From assembly GCA_015063535.1 (NCBI GenBank), contig SVTY01000005.1, forward strand, positions 23,808 to 87,807: 64,000 nucleotides of DNA, written 5' to 3'. The notes beneath the pieces are model-generated. The model searched no databases, was not told the DNA's origin, and was given only the letters and a program-made list of their open reading frames with translations. This stretch comes from Oscillospiraceae bacterium (lineage in GTDB: Bacteria > Bacillota > Clostridia > Oscillospirales > CAG-272). A program made the translations under genes and the position numbers. This document shows positions 9,694 to 18,157 of the stretch, one piece after another; position 1 is the first letter of the stretch; each line of letters starts with the position of its first letter.

Positions 9694-10482
9694 TCAGTCT
9701 TCCCAATTCTTCCACGGAGCCTCTCCGCTCTCCCAGAGCTTTTCCAAGGTCTCCCAGTCTTTTTTCGTATCCATGCATTGCCAGAAGTCATCGTGATGGA
9801 AGCCCATCAGCTCACCGTCCTTCGCCAGCTGCTCCAAGGGAGTCTTTTCAAACACGGTTCCGTCTCCCTCAATGTAGTCGATCACCTTGGGATCAAGAAC
9901 CATAAAGCCGCCGTTGATCGGGTTGCCGTCCGAGTCTCTCTTCTCACGGAAGGAGGTAATGCGCTGGCTGTCTTTGTTCATCTTAATGACGCCAAAGCGC
10001 TGTCCCGCATTGACCACCGTCAGTGTCGCAAGCTTGCCGTGCTCCTTGTGGAACTTCACCAGCTCGCTGATATCGACGTTGGAAACACCGTCGCCGTAGG
10101 TCAGGAGGAAGGGCTCGTTGGGATTCAGATACTTCTTGATCCGTTTGATCCGTCCGCCGGTCATGGTGTGCAAGCCTGTGTCCGCCACCGTGATCTTCCA
10201 CTGCTCGGTGTAGGTCTTATGCACCTTCATCCGATTGGTGCTGTTGGTAAAGTCAAAGGTCACGTCGGAGTGATGGATAAAATAATCGTTGAAGAAATCC
10301 TTGATATACTGCTGTCTGTAGCCACAGCAAATGATAAACTCATTAAATCCGTGCTCGGAATAATTCTTCATAATATGCCAAAGGATGGGCATTCCGCCGA
10401 TCTCGATCATGGGCTTCGGCTTCAAATACGATTCCTCGGAGATTCTCGTTCCGAAGCCTCCTGCTAAAATCACTACCTGCAT
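9694..10482 (-). CDS. rfbF: Glucose-1-phosphate cytidylyltransferase
   Basis: MQVVILAGGFGTRISEESYLKPKPMIEIGGMPILWHIMK is near-canonical RfbF. Confidence 0.9.
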   Translation of the reverse strand: MQVVILAGGFGTRISEESYLKPKPMIEIGGMPILWHIMKNYSEHGFNEFIICCGYRQQYIKDFFNDYFIHHSDVTFDFTNSTNRMKVHKTYTEQWKITVADTGLHTMTGGRIKRIKKYLNPNEPFLLTYGDGVSNVDISELVKFHKEHGKLATLTVVNAGQRFGVIKMNKDSQRITSFREKRDSDGNPINGGFMVLDPKVIDYIEGDGTVFEKTPLEQLAKDGELMGFHHDDFWQCMDTKKDWETLEKLWESGEAPWKNWED

Positions 10483-10564
10483 GTTGAATGTTCCTTTCTA
10501 ATCTTACATTTTTTGTTTTTTATTTTTTGTTTTATGTGCACTCTTTGGCACACACACTGTTACT

Positions 10565-10593
10565 ATTGTACCACATTATACCAAGTTTGTCAA
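10565..10593 (-). promoter_or_regulatory. Predicted sigma-A promoter of rfbF-rfbG-SDR-GT2 cassette
   Basis: Minus strand TTGACA-17 nt-TACAAT with TG at -15. Confidence 0.55.
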
Positions 10594-10612
10594 TAGCCTG
10601 TTCAAATATGTT

Positions 10613-11209
10613 TCAAAAATTCGCATTTTGACGAATCGGGTCGACCGCTTCTCCGTGTTTTTCGGAAAGCAACCGCCGAAAGGAGGATGGCGTGTGCAGT
10701 TGCTTATCAAACACCGTATCTTGGCTATTCAGACGTTGCCGCTTTTCCCCATCCCAAAGAACGATCTCCCGATAGGAGGGATACACAAGAAGGACACGGA
10801 GGATATCCTTTCGCTCGGCAACCGCCTTCGGAAGCCGTGTTCTCGGCACGGCTCTTTCTTTCGATCCCTGCCGTATTCCGTCCCTTCCCTTGCCTGTCGC
10901 CATGGGTGTCCGTCCGCTTCGGTACAGCACCACACGTCCCCGATCGGTCAGAAGCAACGAATCGGAACGGCGGTATGCCGCCCAAAGCTTGACGGCGATC
11001 AAACGATCCTCCCGTACAAGCAGTAATTCATAACGGTCAGAACGGTTTCTTGCCGTCAGCATGCCAAGGAAGGAGCCCTCCGCCCGAAAGCCGTTCGCTT
11101 TTGCCTCAGCAATCAGCTTCCGAAGCATTCGCAGGCGTGCAAAAAAGACCGACGCATACGGATACAGAAGCGCCGCAAGAAGCAACAGAAGAACAAGGAT
11201 CACAAGCAT
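10613..11209 (-). CDS. Hypothetical membrane-anchored protein
   Basis: Single N-terminal TM (MLVILVLLLLLAALLYPYASVFF), then a basic soluble domain. No motif I recognise. Start uncertain (11209 vs 11275). Confidence 0.4.
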   Translation of the reverse strand: MLVILVLLLLLAALLYPYASVFFARLRMLRKLIAEAKANGFRAEGSFLGMLTARNRSDRYELLLVREDRLIAVKLWAAYRRSDSLLLTDRGRVVLYRSGRTPMATGKGRDGIRQGSKERAVPRTRLPKAVAERKDILRVLLVYPSYREIVLWDGEKRQRLNSQDTVFDKQLHTPSSFRRLLSEKHGEAVDPIRQNANF

Positions 11210-11382
11210 AGACTCCGCCTTTCGGTCGTATGACAGGAATTGCGGCAAAGCGATGTCCTCGCCTGCCGCAATCATTATATCATACTTTTGGGGAATTGTA
11301 AATGACCGTCACTTGAAATTTCCGTGAAGGGATCAAAAATTTCTTCCATACCGCGGCACATTTACCCGATTGAGAAAATTTT

Positions 11383-11727
11383 TCATTTTCTGTCGATTTT
11401 TTCCATACAAGCGCAAAGCCATTCGGTCAAGGGTGCCTTGCCGAGAAGCCCCGTCCGTCGGTCAAGCACCTCACCGCCGCACAGAACCAATACCGTGGGC
11501 ACCGAACGGACTCCGTATTCCTTTGCCACGCCGTCCGCCTCGTCCAGATTCAGCTTGCCGAAGGTCACATTTCTGCCCTGCTCCGACCACTCTGCCGCTA
11601 CTGCTTCGAAGATCCGCTCAAAGCTTTTACAGGAAGGACACCAGTCGGTGTAAAGCTCCACCGCCATCATACGGTCGGGCATGTTTTGAAGCTGCCGCAA
11701 ACGCTCGGCATTCAGTTGCTCTACCAT
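11383..11727 (-). CDS. Thioredoxin-family protein with WCPSC active site
   Basis: 114 aa. ELYTDWCPSCK plus VRSVPTVLV (cis-Pro loop). CPSC instead of canonical CGPC. Confidence 0.8.
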   Translation of the reverse strand: MVEQLNAERLRQLQNMPDRMMAVELYTDWCPSCKSFERIFEAVAAEWSEQGRNVTFGKLNLDEADGVAKEYGVRSVPTVLVLCGGEVLDRRTGLLGKAPLTEWLCACMEKIDRK

Positions 11728-11888
11728 GCTTTCTCTCCTTTTTATTCGGATATTTATCGGTAGTATGCGAAAACCGACGGCACATGATACATCCCGATTC
11801 TGCCGATTCTTCCAATTTTTTATTTTATATTATTTATTTTTGCCACAGCTCGATAGAGAGAGAACAGACGGCGGAGCCGTTTCCTTCC

Positions 11889-11917
11889 TCTCATTCTCAT
11901 TCTCATTATCATTATCA
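11889..11917. repeat. Hexamer microsatellite (TCATTC)x3 (TCATTA)x2
   Basis: ctcattctcattctcattatcattatcagg read directly. Confidence 0.9.
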
Positions 11918-11997
11918 GGTTTTTTTGCTTTTTAAAAAAACCTTTTGGTTTTTTCAGAACCTTAAGGTTTTTATTTCCCGTTTCGTTTTCTTTTTTG

Positions 11998-12030
11998 GTA
12001 CCTTTTTTCTTTTTTAAAAGAAAAAAGTAC
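11998..12030. repeat. A/T-rich palindrome GTACC(T)6CTTTT..AAAAG(A)6GTAC, likely terminator of the symporter gene
   Basis: 15-nt arms with a one-base bulge. Same TTTTAAAA-centred design as 17479-17508. Confidence 0.6.
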
Positions 12031-12033
12031 AAT

Positions 12034-12081
12034 TCGCATCCTCGCATCCTCGCATCCTCGCATCCTCGCATCCTCGCATCC
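12034..12081. repeat. Octamer tandem repeat (TCGCATCC)x6, minus strand (GGATGCGA)x6
   Basis: Six perfect units. The seventh, degenerate unit supplies the TGA stop (12082-12084) of the symporter. Confidence 0.95.
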
Positions 12082-13416
12082 TCACATATCCCCAAGCCAG
12101 CGGTCGGTTTCTTTTTTTACCTCACCGCTCATCAGGCACAGGGCGATCACGTTGATGAGGGTCATTGCCCCCACAGCGAAGTCCGCCGCCTGCCAGATCG
12201 CCTCGGAGGAGGCGAAGGCACCGAAAAAAACCGACAGGGTATACAGAGCTACAAACCCTCTGCGGACAATGGGGCGATTTGAGAGATAGCTTACGCTCTC
12301 CATGCCGTAATGCGCCCAACAGATGACCGTAGCAAAGCCGAAGAACAGCACGCACACCGTCATGCCATAGGCGGCGACCTGTCCCAATACCGCCGAATAG
12401 GCACGCAGGGTGATCTGCATATACTCCCCTTCTCGTGCCACAATATCCGACCATGAAACAATGACCACCAGTGCCGTCACGGTGCAGAGCAAAATCGTAT
12501 CCGCAAAGACCTCAAAGATCCCCCAAAGCCCCTGCTTGGCGGGAGTCGGGCTGTCGGACACGGCATGGGCGGCAGGAGCAGTACCGCACCCTGCCTCGTT
12601 GGAGACCAATCCCCGCATGGTTCCGTAGCGCAGAGCGGAGGACAGCAAAAATCCGCCGATCCCGCCCACCGCCGCATCGGTACGGAAGGCATTTTTTATA
12701 ATGGAAGAAAAGGCGGCGGGAATTGCCTCGGCTCGCAGGATCAGCACTGCTACCGACAAGATCAGATACAACAGAGTCATCACGGGAACCAGCTTTCCCG
12801 TCAGCCCGATCATCCCCTCGGTTCCCTTCCGAATCACCAAAAAGGTCACCAAGGCAAGCACGCCGCCTGTCACAAGGGGAGGAATCTGCCAAACCTCGGA
12901 TAACGCCCCCGTTACGGCATTCACCTGGATCACACTCCCCATCGTCACCGCATTCATCATACAAAGCAGGGCAAAGACCGCCGCCAGTCCCGCTCCCAGC
13001 AGAGGATGATTCCGTGCCGTCAGACCGTCCTTCAGATAGCACATCGCTGCCCCATGCGGCCTCCCCTCGGCATCATACCGCCGATGTACCATGGCAAGCA
13101 CGATCTCGGCATATTTGAGAAGCATGGCAAAAAAAGCACTCACCCACATCCAAAAGATCGATCCAAAGCCGCCCATGACAATGGCGGCAGAAACGCCCAC
13201 GATGTTCCCCACTCCCAGCGTTCCCGCCAGTGCTAGACAAAGCGCACGGATCGGTGAAACTCCCGTTTGGGGGTGGCGCTCGGTCAACGCTCGTAAAACC
13301 CGCAACGGATGCCTCAGATGAAACCACCTAAGGCGAAAGCCGAAAAAGATCCCAGCCACCAACAACAAAAGCGGCACCGCCGCACCAAACAGGTATTGAT
13401 TCACCCATGCGATCAT
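12082..13416 (-). CDS. Alanine/glycine:cation symporter (AGCS family)
   Basis: About 445 aa, multi-TM. N-terminus VNQYLFGAAVPLLLLVAGIFFGFRLRWFHLRH and GVGNIVGVSAAI block typical of AGCS. Start moved to ATG 13416. Confidence 0.8.
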   Translation of the reverse strand: MIAWVNQYLFGAAVPLLLLVAGIFFGFRLRWFHLRHPLRVLRALTERHPQTGVSPIRALCLALAGTLGVGNIVGVSAAIVMGGFGSIFWMWVSAFFAMLLKYAEIVLAMVHRRYDAEGRPHGAAMCYLKDGLTARNHPLLGAGLAAVFALLCMMNAVTMGSVIQVNAVTGALSEVWQIPPLVTGGVLALVTFLVIRKGTEGMIGLTGKLVPVMTLLYLILSVAVLILRAEAIPAAFSSIIKNAFRTDAAVGGIGGFLLSSALRYGTMRGLVSNEAGCGTAPAAHAVSDSPTPAKQGLWGIFEVFADTILLCTVTALVVIVSWSDIVAREGEYMQITLRAYSAVLGQVAAYGMTVCVLFFGFATVICWAHYGMESVSYLSNRPIVRRGFVALYTLSVFFGAFASSEAIWQAADFAVGAMTLINVIALCLMSGEVKKETDRWLGDM

Positions 13417-13508
13417 CCAAAATCCCCCCGTTTCTCCTTCTTGTGCTGAGTTGGCACTCCCATCCCGAGAAATAATTGTGAATGAATTGTAAAATCTCAA
13501 AAAAACAC

Positions 13509-13536
13509 TTGATTTTTCTAAAAAATGGTGTATAAT
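13509..13536 (+). promoter_or_regulatory. Predicted sigma-A promoter of groESL
   Basis: TTGATT-16 nt-TATAAT with TG extension (tggtgTATAAT). Confidence 0.6.
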
Positions 13537-13547
13537 ATGCTTATGAG

Positions 13548-13574
13548 TTAGCACTCCGATGTTTTGAGTGCTAA
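13548..13574 (+). promoter_or_regulatory. CIRCE operator (HrcA binding site)
   Basis: TTAGCACTC-N9-GAGTGCTAA, a perfect consensus between promoter and groES. Confidence 0.95.
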
Positions 13575-13599
13575 CCCAATCAGGTTTGACTTATCTTAA

Positions 13600-15591
<1,992 letters not shown>

Positions 15592-15614
15592 GGAAAATAG
15601 AGAGGGGCTTTTTT

Positions 15615-15640
15615 GGAACCTTTCTTGAAAGAAAGGTTCC
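15615..15640. terminator. Perfect palindrome GGAACCTTTCTT-GA-AAGAAAGGTTCC after groEL
   Basis: 12-bp arms, member of the GGWWCC A/T-palindrome group. Confidence 0.6.
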
Positions 15641-15671
15641 AAGCCTCCCAAGAACTTCTGACAAATTTTAT

Positions 15672-15694
15672 GGCGAGAGTATTTTGCTCTCGCC
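15672..15694 (+). terminator. Hairpin GGCGAGAG-tattttg-CTCTCGCC followed by TTTTAT
   Basis: 8-bp stem plus T-run. Either the groEL terminator or a left-end hairpin of the RAYT unit. Confidence 0.5.
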
Positions 15695-15715
15695 TTTTAT
15701 ATCATAACATAAGTG

Positions 15716-16225
15716 ATGAAAATGGATGAATTGAAAAAGAGAAAAACGCCGAGATTGCAAGGCTTTGATTATAATAGTGTAGGTGTATATTTCATAACGA
15801 TATGTACGAAAGACAGACAATGTATTCTTTCTCGTATTGTAGGGACAGGCGTCCTCGACTGTCCGCAAGTTAAGTTGACAAAATACGGAGAGATTGCGAA
15901 GAAATACATACAACAACTGAATGATTTTTACGATCATATCTCGGTTGAAAGTTACGTTATTATGCCTAATCATATTCATATTTTATTGTTTGTAAAGGAA
16001 AACGGACAGTCGAGGACGCCTGTCCCTACAAGGGCAAATAGTGCGTTCGCCCAATTTGTATCTACCTTGAAACGTTTTTGCAATAAAGAATATGGGGAGA
16101 ATATTTGGCAAACTCGTTGCAACGACCACATTATTCGCAATCGACAAGATTATGAGAAACATTTGCGGTATATCTATGAAAATCCATTGCGTTGGCAGTT
16201 TGATACCTTATATGTAAAAGAATAA
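15716..16225 (+). CDS. REP-associated tyrosine transposase (RAYT; IS200/IS605-like Y1 HUH enzyme)
   Basis: About 169 aa. HUH motif YVIMPNHIHILL and catalytic-Tyr helix LRYIYENPLRW. About 35% GC against a roughly 57% background. Start ambiguous (15713/15716/15722). Confidence 0.8.
   Translation: MKMDELKKRKTPRLQGFDYNSVGVYFITICTKDRQCILSRIVGTGVLDCPQVKLTKYGEIAKKYIQQLNDFYDHISVESYVIMPNHIHILLFVKENGQSRTPVPTRANSAFAQFVSTLKRFCNKEYGENIWQTRCNDHIIRNRQDYEKHLRYIYENPLRWQFDTLYVKE
15837..16031. repeat. Perfect 29-bp inverted repeat inside the RAYT CDS (arms 15837-15865 and 16003-16031)
   Basis: ttGTAGGGACAGGCGTCCTCGACTGTCCG vs CGGACAGTCGAGGACGCCTGTCCCTACaa. Each arm is GTAG plus an imperfect palindrome. Confidence 0.95.
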
Positions 16226-16295
16226 AGAAAACATGTCGATTTTTCCAAACATGATCGAAGAAGATCGTACTGCTTTTGATATTTCTCTTGAACTA

Positions 16296-16324
16296 TTGAC
16301 AAATATCTGAAAATATGTTATAAT
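16296..16324 (+). promoter_or_regulatory. Consensus sigma-A promoter with no ORF directly downstream
   Basis: TTGACA-17 nt-TATAAT, exact consensus hexamers. Confidence 0.65.
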
Positions 16325-16495
16325 GCTCTCGTCACACAATTTCATATATTGATTACCCTTGGGGAAACTATATCTTGGCAAAAGATGTTTCTCTCTTTTT
16401 CAATATGCTCTCTAAGGGTAATGAAATTGTGTGACAACAATGAGAGTTACATTCTTTTCAGTGTGTCTCTCATTGAGGCACACTTTTTATTTTTG
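16325..16495 (+). ncRNA. Candidate structured RNA / riboswitch-like leader (unclassified)
   Basis: 15-bp perfect helix 16331-16345/16421-16435 plus 9-bp 16352-16360/16414-22. Outer CTCTC/GAGAG pairing competes with a 9-bp antiterminator (16438-46/16467-75). That antiterminator overlaps a 10-bp terminator stem (16460-84) followed by TTTTTATTTTT. Confidence 0.4.
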
Positions 16496-16633
16496 GGAAG
16501 GAAGTATTGTATGAAAGCAATCAATAAAACATTTGCGAGCTGTTTTTAGCAACGCTCTCAGCACTAACTATTCAGCAATCAAAAACAAATTAAGGTATAT
16601 ATTATAACACAATCAACAACTTTGGAGGAATCT

Positions 16634-17377
16634 ATGAGAAATCTATTTGAAATTGACTATCTGCAAAAAATGAGTGTTCTTCTTCAGGAGGCATTTCAAT
16701 TCAAAAAATACAAAGCGATGCCCGTTGGATTTGCTATTTTGTTGGGAATTTTAATGATCCCTTGGGTGTTGAGCAGTTTTTTATTTGTTGCGTTATTCAG
16801 TGTAGCTACGTTTTTGTTTTCTGTTGTTCTGTTGCCCGTAAAAGCCTTGCATTCCGTTGTTCATAATGAGAGCCAAAATGCCCTGCACGCTACACAATTC
16901 ATACTTTACTTTATCTCTTGGCCGCTCATTTTTTTGTTATATGTTGTACTTGCTTTGTTAGTGCCGATTCTTTTTGTTTTATATGCGGCACTATCTTTGA
17001 CTACCTATATTTGGTCGTTTTGCGGTTTTCGTTTTCATCTGTTCCCCACAAAGGAAGATATCTCTGTCGAAGTGAATGGTACCTATATAATTTTGCCTCT
17101 AATTTATGGGTGTATCGGATGGATTTTATTCATTTTTGTTCCAATAATCCACGGTCTTATTATTTTTGCAGAATTATACGAGCATTATCGGGAAGCCGAT
17201 TTCCCATATTACTTTTTTAATTATGTTTTACCCCCGTATGTATCGCTTCGAAATACATTCAGCATGCTTTTTTCACTTATTGGTTTTTCGAAATCACCCA
17301 AGCCAAAAGATTACGTCGTATACATGGAAGAAATACCCGCAATTGAAGCTACACAAGATTGTTTTGAAGAAAAATAA
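16634..17377 (+). CDS. Hypothetical multi-pass membrane protein
   Basis: About 247 aa, at least 5 hydrophobic segments, about 36% GC. GGAGG 5 nt before ATG 16634. No recognisable motif. Confidence 0.55.
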   Translation: MRNLFEIDYLQKMSVLLQEAFQFKKYKAMPVGFAILLGILMIPWVLSSFLFVALFSVATFLFSVVLLPVKALHSVVHNESQNALHATQFILYFISWPLIFLLYVVLALLVPILFVLYAALSLTTYIWSFCGFRFHLFPTKEDISVEVNGTYIILPLIYGCIGWILFIFVPIIHGLIIFAELYEHYREADFPYYFFNYVLPPYVSLRNTFSMLFSLIGFSKSPKPKDYVVYMEEIPAIEATQDCFEEK

Positions 17378-17416
17378 AAAAGATTGTATTCTTTTTGCAA
17401 ATATGCTTATTGGAAA

Positions 17417-17450
17417 ACAAACGGCAGAGATAGTTTTCTCTGCCGTTTGT
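17417..17450 (+). terminator. Hairpin ACAAACGGCAGAG..CTCTGCCGTTTGT (13-bp stem)
   Basis: Directly downstream of the membrane-protein gene. Confidence 0.55.
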
Positions 17451-17478
17451 CTATAAATATTTATTCAGTTTTCTTTTG

Positions 17479-17508
17479 GTTCCTTTTCTTTTTTAAAAGA
17501 AAAGGAAC
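17479..17508. repeat. A/T palindrome GTTCCTTTTCTTTT-TT-AAAAGAAAAGGAAC (bidirectional terminator candidate)
   Basis: 14-bp perfect arms between convergent genes. Confidence 0.6.
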
Positions 17509-17513
17509 ACCAA

Positions 17514-18143
17514 TCACTTCTCAGGATCTAAATACTTCCAATAGGCTTTGATGTAATTCATCCCTGACCAGACGGTCATGACCACGCAGAACAGGAGCGA
17601 CGCCCACGTCAGCGGCACGATATCGGTACGCCACAAAAGGTCTTTTCCCGTCACCGCCTCGGCGATCCATTTTGTCACCAGCTGAACCACCGGCTCCAAG
17701 AACACGGTCGAGATCGCCACGATCTGGGAGACGGTCTTGATCTTACCAAGCATATTGGCGGCGATCACGATATTTTGTCCCGTGGATACCACAAGGCGCA
17801 TGGAGGTCACAGCCAGCTCACGGAACACCACCACAAGCAGGGTAAAGATCATCAACAAGCGGAGATTGCTGAACTTATACAAAATTACAAACATCGCACC
17901 GATCACCATAAATTTATCGGCAATCGGGTCCATAAATTTCCCGAAATCGGTAATGAGATTGCGGCTTCTGGCGATTTTTCCGTCCAGCATGTCGGTCACT
18001 GCCGTGCAGATAAACAGCACCGCACAGATCAAACACGACAGATAAAACGGCAAAATACGGTCGGGCAGCATGCCCACGATCAGCAAAACGGGAACCAAGC
18101 AAAGACGGAGAACCGTCAGCTTATTGGGTAAATTCATTTTCAT
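17514..18143 (-). CDS. pgsA: CDP-diacylglycerol--glycerol-3-phosphate 3-phosphatidyltransferase
   Basis: CDP-alcohol phosphatidyltransferase motif DMLDGKIARSRNLITDFGKFMDPIADK. Follows rimO. Confidence 0.85.
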   Translation of the reverse strand: MKMNLPNKLTVLRLCLVPVLLIVGMLPDRILPFYLSCLICAVLFICTAVTDMLDGKIARSRNLITDFGKFMDPIADKFMVIGAMFVILYKFSNLRLLMIFTLLVVVFRELAVTSMRLVVSTGQNIVIAANMLGKIKTVSQIVAISTVFLEPVVQLVTKWIAEAVTGKDLLWRTDIVPLTWASLLFCVVMTVWSGMNYIKAYWKYLDPEK

Positions 18144-18157
18144 ATCCGCATCACTCC

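Noticed and set aside
8342-9796. 484-aa plus-strand ORF
   Set aside because: Antisense shadow of rfbG and the SDR 5' region.
12034-12081. Possible CRISPR-like or coding repeat
   Set aside because: The units are 8 nt and contiguous with no spacers, and no cas genes are present. It is a microsatellite, not a CRISPR array.
11820-12095. 91-aa minus-strand ORF (MGICEDARMRGCEDARMRGCE...KKKKGTKKENE)
   Set aside because: This is simply the translation of the octamer array, A/T palindromes and hexamer repeats. It has no RBS and a low-complexity product.
13417-13545. Looked for a glycine riboswitch upstream of the alanine/glycine symporter
   Set aside because: The leader is only about 100 nt. None of the glycine-aptamer blocks (GGAGAG...CACCGAAGGGGCAA) are present.
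16349-16549. 66-aa ORF inside the structured RNA region
   Set aside because: It has a non-ATG start and no RBS, runs straight through the helix, antiterminator and terminator, and its sequence is hydrophobic noise typical of AT-rich DNA. A type-I-toxin-like peptide cannot be fully excluded.
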